Origin: Solobacterium sp. UBA1789
GTDB lineage: Bacteria; Bacillota_I; Bacilli_A; Erysipelotrichales; Erysipelotrichaceae
Reading direction: 5' to 3'
DNA length: 30,079 bases
Assembly: GCA_002314515.1 (NCBI GenBank)
Contig: DCGB01000045.1
Coordinates: 9,008 to 39,086 of the forward strand
The position numbers and the translations under genes were made by a program. Positions 1 to 7,856 of this stretch are shown here, one piece after another. The notes below the pieces were generated by a model. That model saw nothing but the letters and a program-made list of their open reading frames with translations. It did no database searches and was not told where the DNA came from. Position 1 is the first letter of the stretch, and every line of letters begins with the position of its first letter.

Positions 1-228
1 ATTATTTTCAATATTTTCATTACTTAGACGCTGGTTATAGGCATAGGCTTCACTTAGATATTCGATAAATTCGTTCTTATCAATTTCCTTGATCTCTTCT
101 TTATAGTTATCAATAATTGCTGAACTGTGTCTTTCGTTATAATAATTAGCCAAAGAGGGATAGGCAATAAAACCTATCCCCACAATCAGTAATAAAAGTA
201 TTAAACTGAACCTACTTATCTTTTTCAC
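1..228 (-). CDS. srtC: Class C (pilus-polymerising) sortase, 5' part only (runs off the window edge); absent from the ORF track
   Basis: Manual translation from GTG at 228 (GTGA overlap with the pilin stop) gives 76 open codons: MKKISRFSLILLLLIVGIGFIAYPSLANYYNERHSSAIIDNYKEEIKEIDKNEFIEYLSEAYAYNQRLSNENIENN. The N-terminal TM followed by YP..N...I..Y...A..YN..L is typical of class C sortases, and the gene sits directly after a major pilin. The catalytic TLxTC motif lies outside the window. Confidence 0.85.
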   Translation of the reverse strand, partial: MKKISRFSLILLLLIVGIGFIAYPSLANYYNERHSSAIIDNYKEEIKEIDKNEFIEYLSEAYAYNQRLSNENIENN

Positions 229-1619
229 TTTTCTTTTTTAGTGCTTCTGATTAAAACGATAGCTGCCAGAACAAAGATAACACCAGCTACAACCATAACA
301 GCCGTTCCACTGCCGCCGGTATTAGGCAAAATACCACCGGTTCTGTTAATTACCTGTATGCCCTGACCCTGGTAAATATTATCAATAACTGTTGCATCAT
401 TATTAGCATTATTGATGGTCACATTGACACTATAATCAATAGGTGTATAGCCAGCAGGGGCACTGACTTCAACCAGACCATAGGTACCATTACCCAAACC
501 CTGAATAGTGGCAATCGAAGCTTCAATAGTACTTGTTGCGCCCTGCTCATTTGGCATAGCCAAACGATAGTTATTGCCTTCTTTAATAAAGCTTAATAAA
601 GTTCCACCCTTATAGAGGTTGAAAGTTGCACCACTGATGACTTTTTCACTGGCATCAGTTTTAACAATCTGGAATTCATAAGTATAAGTCCTGGTAACAG
701 AATTCTCAGTCTTTGAATCAGTACCATATTGTAAATAGGCAGTATTACTGTTGCCACCATCACCAATGACAGCCTTTTCATTTAATTTGCCCTTATAGCG
801 AACAGTAATTTCTGTCTCACCTTCAATACCATCCAGGAATGACTGCTTGAATTCAATATGGAAATGCTGGGCATCATCCAAAGTATAAACATAATTGCTA
901 TTGAGGACATAAGTATCATCGATGGAAACGGAATCAAGGCTGTTTTCATCAAATGTAATACCTGCACTGGCCTCATCATACAAGATATAATTCTGAGCAC
1001 CGGCAAAAGCTGTAATAACGACAACAAAGTCTAACTCATCACCAATACTGGCTGTATTACTCTTCTCAGGTAAGCCATTATTCATGACCTGTTTTTCAAC
1101 ACTAGGTACAAAGTTCTTTTCATGAATGATTACATCAGGGTCAGTTGTATCCAAACCACATAAGGCACCAACAGAAGAATCAACAAGATAATAACCAAGT
1201 GGCAGATCTGTAAAACTGATTTCTGTACCATCAGAAACAACAGTCTTTAAAGCCTCGATTTTGTTATTCTTAATATAATTCTTAATAGCAGCTGTAAAAT
1301 CACTTACAGAAGCACCCTTTACCCAATTTATTACATGAATAGTCCTGGAATTTAGTTCATCCCAGCGATCTTCAACAGTCATATACTGTTTTCCCTCGCT
1401 GCCAGTTAAATAAGAATAAAATGGATTATCTTCTTCAATTGTATATAAATAAGCATCGCCATCATAACTATACAAGTCAGCTATTTTATACAACTTATAA
1501 GTCTCGTCTTTAACGGGATTATCAATTTTGATACTACCGGTATCAGCTGCAAAAACCCTATTAGGCAACATCATCACAAGCAACAAAACACTGAATAAAA
1601 TTAATTTAAATTTTTTCAT
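225..1619 (-). CDS. Major (backbone) pilin, SpaA/SpaH/EbpC-like, LPXTG-anchored
   Basis: Signal peptide (MKKFKLILF...VFAA), pilin motif VIIHEKNFVPSVEK (YPKN-like), D2-type domain (VGD..F...N.A.L.Y), E-box YGLVEVSAPAGY, C-terminal LPNTG + TM + basic tail; adjacent to a class C sortase. Confidence 0.9.
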   Translation of the reverse strand: MKKFKLILFSVLLLVMMLPNRVFAADTGSIKIDNPVKDETYKLYKIADLYSYDGDAYLYTIEEDNPFYSYLTGSEGKQYMTVEDRWDELNSRTIHVINWVKGASVSDFTAAIKNYIKNNKIEALKTVVSDGTEISFTDLPLGYYLVDSSVGALCGLDTTDPDVIIHEKNFVPSVEKQVMNNGLPEKSNTASIGDELDFVVVITAFAGAQNYILYDEASAGITFDENSLDSVSIDDTYVLNSNYVYTLDDAQHFHIEFKQSFLDGIEGETEITVRYKGKLNEKAVIGDGGNSNTAYLQYGTDSKTENSVTRTYTYEFQIVKTDASEKVISGATFNLYKGGTLLSFIKEGNNYRLAMPNEQGATSTIEASIATIQGLGNGTYGLVEVSAPAGYTPIDYSVNVTINNANNDATVIDNIYQGQGIQVINRTGGILPNTGGSGTAVMVVAGVIFVLAAIVLIRSTKKEK

Positions 1620-3357
1620 CTTTTCTCCTCAATTTATTGATTAATACAACAGCAACAAAAGCCAGACCAATACCGATATTCATCATTCTATTGCCACGAC
1701 CACCAGCATCAGGAAGTTCTATCCCATCTGATAATCGATGATTATTAAAGATAGCCTCTTCTCCACTGATTTTTACCCCCTTTGCACCCAAAAGAAGAGA
1801 ATCATCTTTAATAAACAGCATTAACTCATAATAATCAGGCAAACTTAGCTGTTCGACTGTTGTAATTAACGCACGATAATCACTACCCTCATCTCCACAG
1901 ACATATTTAACGATATTGTTTTTCTCACTTAGAGAATAATTGTCATCATCTAACTGCAGATAATAAAGGGTCTTTGTTATTATTTCCTTAAGCCTCTTAC
2001 CATATCGATTACTGTTTATATAAGTTTCCAGAACATCCTCACCGGGATCTTCAATAAGCTGATAAGGTTCGTCTTTTAAATCATTACTGATGTTATATAC
2101 CGGGAAATCCTTAGTATCCTTTACTGTCGAGACATAACACTTATCATCCATAGTGGCATAGTATTCATTGTCCACAGTATTAAATAAATCTTCTTCAAGC
2201 ACTTCAACCTCATACTGATAGATATGATCATCATATTTAATATTGATATCGCCACCATTTATTTCTTTAATCTTATAGTTATAAATACCAGCCTCAGATA
2301 TTTCAATGTCTGCGAATTTTATTAAACCCGAACTATCATTTTCTTTTGTCTGCAATACAGTATCGTTTTCATCCAGTAACTGAAACTGGAAGATCTGATT
2401 ATCTGGCGTGCTGCCATCTAACTTCTTTGTTGCCGACAGATTGAAACTGACTGGTGATTTTGTAATAGTCTTATTGGCAAAAGAAACTTTATCATAAGTA
2501 ACTTTTTTATCACCCACAAGATAACCGGTAATCAGGTTCTGCATACGGCTGTCATAAGTACCAGCCTTATTCTGGTCATAGCTGCTGCGATTGTTGCCAA
2601 AGGGCAGCAGAAGAACCAGTACAAAGTTATCAGGAACTGTTTCCTTTAAACAGGTATTTAACATCGCAGTCTGACTGCTGTTCAAGGTCGTGCCAGAAGA
2701 TAAGCTGGAAATAATTATTTCGACATTGTCCCAGTCTTTGGAAGTGGCCGGAGGATTAACTGTATAATGATAAATTACTTTCTTTATCTTATCTAAACTG
2801 GCACCTGAGTCCTGCGCATACGTACTAAGGCTGGTTACGGGGATAATAGCCTTATATTGGGTTTTATTATTCCAGAAGTCCTCCGGCGTCTGCTTCTGGT
2901 TATAAATACAATAGGCATAGACCTGTTTGGTCTGGTCCGCGTTTTTGACAATTATCGGACCCTTGATACCACCATAGGCAAAGTACAATTCGCCATTTTT
3001 CAGCCAGGAAGCACCCTCTGAAGAACTGCTGCCACTTAAGGTGATACTCATGATTCTTTCATCGAAAGTCATATTTGAATGACTGTCTTTTTGACTTTGA
3101 CTAGGATATTCTCTGATATAGTAAGTTCCATTTTCCAATTCCGAAACATTAAAACTGATTTTGCCATCAGCATCATTTTGAACAGTCTGATAGATCATTG
3201 AATCATCACACAAAATAAAATCAAAGATATTATCATTACCTGGTTTTTGATCATCAACCGTTAAATCAGTTTCAACTATCGTATCTTCATCAGCCAAAAC
3301 AGGCAAAGGCAGCATCAACATTACAAAGACCATTAATATTATTTTTCTGATATTCAT
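1606..3357 (-). CDS. Tip/ancillary pilin adhesin with two FctA(Spy0128)/CnaB-like domains, each carrying an inserted thioester-domain-like module; LPDAG sorting signal
   Basis: Start revised to ATG at 3357 (SD AGGAGG inside the 3' end of the upstream gene). Signal peptide MNIRKII...VLAD. FctA-like segment ATKKLDG..F.FQLLD...QTKENDSSG.I.F...Y.YKIKE...YD. YAYCIY motif and MQNLI. C-terminal LPDAG-TM-KLRRK. Confidence 0.8.
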   Translation of the reverse strand: MNIRKIILMVFVMLMLPLPVLADEDTIVETDLTVDDQKPGNDNIFDFILCDDSMIYQTVQNDADGKISFNVSELENGTYYIREYPSQSQKDSHSNMTFDERIMSITLSGSSSSEGASWLKNGELYFAYGGIKGPIIVKNADQTKQVYAYCIYNQKQTPEDFWNNKTQYKAIIPVTSLSTYAQDSGASLDKIKKVIYHYTVNPPATSKDWDNVEIIISSLSSGTTLNSSQTAMLNTCLKETVPDNFVLVLLLPFGNNRSSYDQNKAGTYDSRMQNLITGYLVGDKKVTYDKVSFANKTITKSPVSFNLSATKKLDGSTPDNQIFQFQLLDENDTVLQTKENDSSGLIKFADIEISEAGIYNYKIKEINGGDINIKYDDHIYQYEVEVLEEDLFNTVDNEYYATMDDKCYVSTVKDTKDFPVYNISNDLKDEPYQLIEDPGEDVLETYINSNRYGKRLKEIITKTLYYLQLDDDNYSLSEKNNIVKYVCGDEGSDYRALITTVEQLSLPDYYELMLFIKDDSLLLGAKGVKISGEEAIFNNHRLSDGIELPDAGGRGNRMMNIGIGLAFVAVVLINKLRRKDEKI

Positions 3358-3359
3358 AT

Positions 3360-3863
3360 TTACCTCCTTGGCCAAAGCTTAAGTAAGACTTTTGCATAAA
3401 GATCATCCTGTTTAACATTTCCCATCTGACTACTACGGGAATCAGCTAAATCGCTTCGTTTTGTATTTAAAACAAAATATTCCCGCTGTTTAATCAATAA
3501 AGGATAATCAACATCGCCAGCAACAGTATCCTTATCTGAATACTCACTTCTTGTTCCGTTGATATAGAGATCTCCATTATCATCAATGCTGACACTATCG
3601 CCTGCTGAAGCAACAACTTTCTTGATTTCCAGCTTGTTTCCCCAATAAAACAGAACATCGTCACCAGTTTCAACTTCTTTTGTCCGCAAACAAAGAAGAT
3701 AGTCACCAATTTCGTAGTCTGGAGACATACTAGCGGTTTCAACTTTGACAATCGGCAGAAAATGACTGGACAAAAGGTATGCAAAGGCCACAATTACCAC
3801 CAGAAAACCCAAAGTCTGATAAATCGTTTTTAATAAGTCGCCAATCTTCTTCAAAAGCCACAA
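3360..3863 (-). CDS. lepB: Pilus-associated signal peptidase I (S26 family)
   Basis: N-terminal TM, box B ASMSP (Ser), box D IKKVVA (Lys), GD..I motif, box E remnant YFVL...DSR. The exact start is uncertain: TTG 3863 or a TTG 9 nt further in that is better spaced from AAAGGA. Confidence 0.85.
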   Translation of the reverse strand: MWLLKKIGDLLKTIYQTLGFLVVIVAFAYLLSSHFLPIVKVETASMSPDYEIGDYLLCLRTKEVETGDDVLFYWGNKLEIKKVVASAGDSVSIDDNGDLYINGTRSEYSDKDTVAGDVDYPLLIKQREYFVLNTKRSDLADSRSSQMGNVKQDDLYAKVLLKLWPRR

Positions 3864-3890
3864 ATCCTTTCATATATCGCTTCATTTTTT

Positions 3891-3952
3891 ATTATAATTT
3901 TAGCTTGTTGCCACATCGTTCCCACAGCGTTCTCAAACGTTCTCCTGTCGTT
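3891..3952 (-). promoter_or_regulatory. Putative pilus operon promoter: perfect -10 TATAAT (3896-3891), no consensus -35, four phased CGTT(C) direct repeats upstream
   Basis: CGTT occurs at 3917, 3928, 3938 and 3949 (spacing 11/10/11). ATTATA at 3891-3896 reads TATAAT on the minus strand. Confidence 0.55.
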
Positions 3953-4033
3953 ATCAACAAAAATCTTTTTCCTGGATCATTACACAATGCAATAGTAAAA
4001 AGAATAACGCACAGGATATTTGCTATAAAAAGA

Positions 4034-4065
4034 TCAAACAAAAAGATATTGCCAAAGCAATATCT
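4034..4065 (-). terminator. Rho-independent terminator after the XRE-AbrB regulator
   Basis: Minus strand reads AGATATTGC-tttg-GCAATATCT followed by TTTTGTTTG (9-bp stem, 4044-4065). Confidence 0.75.
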
Positions 4066-4095
4066 CCTGTAACCAAAGTACTAAACTAATGTTAT

Positions 4096-4533
4096 TTAAA
4101 TGTCATTATTAATGGAGGCAAACTCCATTATTTTATTTATCTTTTCTTCGAATTTTTCTTTTGATATTAGCACAATACCCTCGTCGTCACTCAAGACAAC
4201 CAGATTATCACCAGCCATCAGTTTAAACTTGTCGCGAGCACCCTTGGGAATGACAACCTGACCACGGTCATTGACAGTCACAGTTCCCCAGATATTCTTA
4301 CCCTTGGGAGCTGGCGGAATAATGCCAATCCCTTCACTTTTTTCCGTTTTCAATAGACTATCAACAGTAATTTCATATAATTCAGCCAGTTTGCTGCAAT
4401 TAACTATATCCGGTAAAGAAGCGCCCTTTTCCCACTTGGAATATGCCTGGCGGGAAACATTGATTTTTGTTGCCACTTCTTCCTGTGAATAACCATAGAT
4501 ATTACGTAATATCAGTAAATTATCTTTAATCAT
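4096..4533 (-). CDS. Transcriptional regulator, N-terminal XRE HTH fused to a C-terminal AbrB/MazE/SpoVT domain
   Basis: LRNIYGYSQEEVATKINVSRQAYSKWEKGASLPD (XRE HTH) and GTVTVNDRGQVVIPKGARDKF (AbrB fold signature). SD AGGAG overlaps the permease stop. Confidence 0.9.
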   Translation of the reverse strand: MIKDNLLILRNIYGYSQEEVATKINVSRQAYSKWEKGASLPDIVNCSKLAELYEITVDSLLKTEKSEGIGIIPPAPKGKNIWGTVTVNDRGQVVIPKGARDKFKLMAGDNLVVLSDDEGIVLISKEKFEEKINKIMEFASINNDI

Positions 4534-4544
4534 TTTTGATTCTC

Positions 4545-5198
4545 CTACATATCTATTTTCGCAAATCTATCGCAGGATAATCTATAGGCTAAATAAGAAA
4601 TTAACAGATAAATGATTATTCCAATAGATAATGTCATGAGCTGAATAGGCAGATATTCACTGCCAAAGGCATTAAAAAAAGCCAGTCCAGGAAAATGATG
4701 CAGTGCCTCAGCTATTCCCAGTACCATAAAAACAGTAATCAGATAAACAAGGAAAGGTTTAGTCCTTTGATAAGAAGTCTTAAAAAATCCGGCAACAAAC
4801 AACAGATTAAATAAAGAAAACATAACAAAGGCAACACCTAAGGCAAAAGCATTGGCATTCATCAAAAAGTTCTGACGATAAACAGTTGAATCTACCAGGA
4901 ATGTATTTCTAATTAAACAGATAAGTCCCATAATAAATAAACTGATTGATTCAATGATACAGACAAAGAGAAACTTGCCCTTAATTATATCCTTTTTGCC
5001 AACAGGCAACAAAAAAGAAAAAACAAGGTCATTGGTCTCAACCATATTCTGAAAACTCTTAAAAATACCAAGAGTTACAAAGAAAACACCACACAATATT
5101 GGATAACCAGGAATAAAAAACATCAATGAAAACGCAATGAAAAAATAAGTTAACAATGAAGCGCTTAATTTAAATTCCTTATATAAAACATTACGCAT
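4545..5198 (-). CDS. ABC-2 type transporter permease
   Basis: Start revised from the track's 5342 to ATG 5198 (SD GAGGTG, overlaps the ATPase stop). MRNVLYKEFKL start, about 6 TM segments, LP....I.KGKF motif. Confidence 0.85.
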   Translation of the reverse strand: MRNVLYKEFKLSASLLTYFFIAFSLMFFIPGYPILCGVFFVTLGIFKSFQNMVETNDLVFSFLLPVGKKDIIKGKFLFVCIIESISLFIMGLICLIRNTFLVDSTVYRQNFLMNANAFALGVAFVMFSLFNLLFVAGFFKTSYQRTKPFLVYLITVFMVLGIAEALHHFPGLAFFNAFGSEYLPIQLMTLSIGIIIYLLISYLAYRLSCDRFAKIDM

Positions 5199-5913
5199 TA
5201 TCTTCACCTCTTTCCAGACGCAGAAAAATATCCTCCAGACTTTCATTAGACCTTTGATATTTTCTGATAAATCCTTCTTTGGTTTCAGCTGCAATAATCT
5301 GTCCTTTAGAAATATAAACAATATCATCGGCACACTTTTCAATATCTGAAATAATATGGGTTGAAAAGAAAATGGCTACCTTGTCTTTCTTTAATTCTTT
5401 TAACAACATCAGTAATTCATCCCTAGAAAAGGGATCAAGACCACTTGTTGGCTCATCAAGAATCAGGATCCTGGCCTCATGAGACAGGGCTATTAAAAGA
5501 TTGACTTTGACCTTCATGCCCTCTGATAACTCCAGGGGTGTCTTATTTTCATCCAGTTCAAATAATCTCAGATATTTCTGATAAGCTTCTTCATTCCAGC
5601 TGTCATAAAATCTTCTGACTACTTTTATGATATCTTTGATTTTTTTATGCGGATACCAGCTGATTGTGCCGCTTGAATAACCAATATAGGATTTTATTTC
5701 TCTTTCTTTGTCCTTCAGATTTTTACCAAAATATAATATTTCACCACTGTCAATACTGATAAGATTCAACATGGACTTTATTGTTGTAGTTTTTCCGGCA
5801 CCATTGCGGCCAATAAAGCCAGCAATATGTCCTTCTTCAACCGAAAAGGAAACATCCTTTAATTTAAAACTGTCATAGGTTTTATTTAATCCTTTAATTT
5901 CCAGAACGTTCAT
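5191..5913 (-). CDS. ABC transporter ATP-binding protein
   Basis: Walker A GRNGAGKTT, signature LSEGMK, Walker B LILDEPTSGLD, H-loop STH; SD AAGGAGG. Confidence 0.95.
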   Translation of the reverse strand: MNVLEIKGLNKTYDSFKLKDVSFSVEEGHIAGFIGRNGAGKTTTIKSMLNLISIDSGEILYFGKNLKDKEREIKSYIGYSSGTISWYPHKKIKDIIKVVRRFYDSWNEEAYQKYLRLFELDENKTPLELSEGMKVKVNLLIALSHEARILILDEPTSGLDPFSRDELLMLLKELKKDKVAIFFSTHIISDIEKCADDIVYISKGQIIAAETKEGFIRKYQRSNESLEDIFLRLERGEDNA

Positions 5914-5990
5914 AAATACCTCCTTAAAACATTGTAATTAGCAATATCAGCACCTAACAACCAACTGAAAATGACATCTTTATATGATAA

Positions 5991-6010
5991 ATGTAAATAT
6001 TAGTTGACAT
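5991..6010. promoter_or_regulatory. Imperfect palindrome (candidate operator) in the divergent intergenic region
   Basis: ATGTAAA-tattag-TTGACAT has 7-bp arms with one mismatch. An extended -10 TGTTATCAT lies at 6030-6038 on the plus strand. Confidence 0.45.
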
Positions 6011-6061
6011 AACAAAATAAGGTGAATTCTGTTATCATAAACACGAGGAAAAGATAAAAAT

Positions 6062-6745
6062 ATGGAATTATATAAACTGTGTGAAAACGTCTACTATACC
6101 GACTATGAACAAAGACGAGATCGCCCACGTCTGGGCTATATCAAAGGTAAAAATTTTTCATTAGCCATTGATGCCGGCCATTCAGACAGTCACGTTCAGG
6201 AATTCTATGAACTATTGAAAAAAAATGATCTGCCACTTCCACAATTGACGATTATCACCCATTGGCATCGGGATCATTCTTTTGGCATGCATGCAATCAA
6301 TGGACAAAGTATTGCCTGCAAAGAGACAAATGATCACTTAAGAGAATTTATTGCCCAGCAGAATCCTCAAAGTGACCAGGAAATGCTTAAAAATGATGAT
6401 CAGATGCGTTATGAATATGGTGATAAACCAATCATTGTCAAAACATCAGACCTCGAATATGAAAACAAACTAATTATAGATCTTGGCGACATTAATATTG
6501 AAATACTGAAAGCACCATCACCACATACCGATGATGCAAGCATTGTCTATCTTCCTCAACAGAAGGCTGTCTTTATTGGCGACGGCAGTTCTGGTCGCAT
6601 TCCCGACTGGTATGTTGATCCAATCAAGGGTCAGGAGATGATAGAATTTTTTAATAAACTTGATTTCAACTTTAGTGTAGGCTGTCATTGGGCTATTGAA
6701 AACAAGGAAGAACTTATTGAAACTCTAAAAAGAGAATATCATTAA
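6062..6745 (+). CDS. Metallo-beta-lactamase-fold hydrolase
   Basis: IDAG, THWHRDH (HxHxDH), PSPHTDD, FIGD and GCH motifs. Confidence 0.9.
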   Translation: MELYKLCENVYYTDYEQRRDRPRLGYIKGKNFSLAIDAGHSDSHVQEFYELLKKNDLPLPQLTIITHWHRDHSFGMHAINGQSIACKETNDHLREFIAQQNPQSDQEMLKNDDQMRYEYGDKPIIVKTSDLEYENKLIIDLGDINIEILKAPSPHTDDASIVYLPQQKAVFIGDGSSGRIPDWYVDPIKGQEMIEFFNKLDFNFSVGCHWAIENKEELIETLKREYH

Positions 6746-6762
6746 CATATGGAGGCAAAATT

Positions 6763-7854
6763 ATGCCATTAAAAAGTCTGGTTTCTGAAGATTTTGTAAA
6801 TACCGGAAGACAAAAGTCTATTGATTATATTAAGGCCTTTGGCATCCTATATATGGTTATCATCCACTGGTATGAAGAAATGAGTGTCTGCTATGCCGAT
6901 GGCACGACATCAGTTTTAGGCTATATTATCGAATTCCTGGGTGGACCTCTGGCAGCACCAGTATTCATGTATGCCATGGGACTGGGAATAGTTTATTCAA
7001 AACATCGTTCACCAAAAGAGCTGTTCATAAGGGGATTAAAACTCCTGGCTTTCAGCTATATTTTTAATTTAATCAGACTGAGTGCTTCATACCTGATAGT
7101 TGGCAAAATTGCCGGCTACTTTGATTTGGATACTTTCCTGTATTATACATTTAATGTTGATATTCTTTCTTTCTGTGGTGTCGCTTTCATGTTTACGGCC
7201 TTATTAAAAAAACTGAATATTCATGTCTGGGCCGTACCACAGGCTGCTATTATCATGTTGATAATCGGTTCCTTTATTAACTTTGAATCGACTACAATAT
7301 TTGGCAAATATATTCTTGCCCTATTTGTCAAAAGCAGTGAATTAAGTTATTTCCCACTATTCAACTGGTATATTTATCCAGCCATGGGCATGTTGTCGGC
7401 CAGATACCTAAAGCAGATTGTCAGCCAGGACCGCTGGCATAAGATAAGTCTGAGAATTTCTTTTGCCTTTACTATTGGCATAATTGCCGGAGCTATGTTC
7501 TATGGCATAAGTCCAATTCAGTTTTTTACCATTTATGATGATATTTATTATTTAGTCAACTTTATTAGTGCCCTATTCTGTTTTAATGTTGTTGTTTTGT
7601 GCGAATCTTTATTTTATTTTGCATTCAAGAAAATCAATAGTGAAAAACTGGATAAACTGGTATTTTTTATGAGTGACAATCTGAATACTATCTATATTAT
7701 TCAATGGATAATAATTGGTAATGTCCTGACAACACTCTTTGAAGGTGGCTGGCTTCAGCCTTTCCCCATCTGGGTATCAATTCCTTTGGGAATTATCGTG
7801 ACTCTTATTGCAACCTATCTTGCTAAATATGCAAACAAAATTCTAAAATTTTAA
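6763..7854 (+). CDS. Polytopic membrane acyltransferase (DUF1624/HGSNAT-catalytic-like, acyltransferase 3 clan)
   Basis: RQKSIDYIKAFGILYMVIIH and GGPLAAPVFM..MG motifs, YFPLFNW; about 9-10 TM segments; SD GGAGG. Confidence 0.7.
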   Translation: MPLKSLVSEDFVNTGRQKSIDYIKAFGILYMVIIHWYEEMSVCYADGTTSVLGYIIEFLGGPLAAPVFMYAMGLGIVYSKHRSPKELFIRGLKLLAFSYIFNLIRLSASYLIVGKIAGYFDLDTFLYYTFNVDILSFCGVAFMFTALLKKLNIHVWAVPQAAIIMLIIGSFINFESTTIFGKYILALFVKSSELSYFPLFNWYIYPAMGMLSARYLKQIVSQDRWHKISLRISFAFTIGIIAGAMFYGISPIQFFTIYDDIYYLVNFISALFCFNVVVLCESLFYFAFKKINSEKLDKLVFFMSDNLNTIYIIQWIIIGNVLTTLFEGGWLQPFPIWVSIPLGIIVTLIATYLAKYANKILKF

Positions 7855-7856
7855 TA

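Noticed and set aside
593-1027. Short minus-strand ORFs 593-781 and 782-1027
   Set aside because: Off-frame shadows inside the major pilin; no motifs or SD.
3905-3960. Invertible promoter or LexA box interpretation of the pilus upstream repeats
   Set aside because: The flanking inverted repeats are only 6 bp and no recombinase is in the window. The Firmicutes LexA box is an inverted GAAC-N4-GTTC, which is absent; the GTTC-N7-GTTC match is the alphaproteobacterial type.
4011-4070. Alternative pairing ACAGGATATTTGC / GCAATATCTCCTGT as a possible antiterminator upstream of the pilus operon
   Set aside because: On the transcribed (minus) strand the competing arm lies downstream of the U-tract, so it cannot prevent termination.
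3494-4492. ORFs 3494-3793 (-), 3779-4072 (+) and 4271-4492 (+)
   Set aside because: They overlap real genes, the promoter or the terminator, and have non-protein-like composition.
5199-5342. Track's extended N-terminus of the permease
   Set aside because: It overlaps the ATPase by 150 nt; ATG 5198 has a good SD and a family-typical start.
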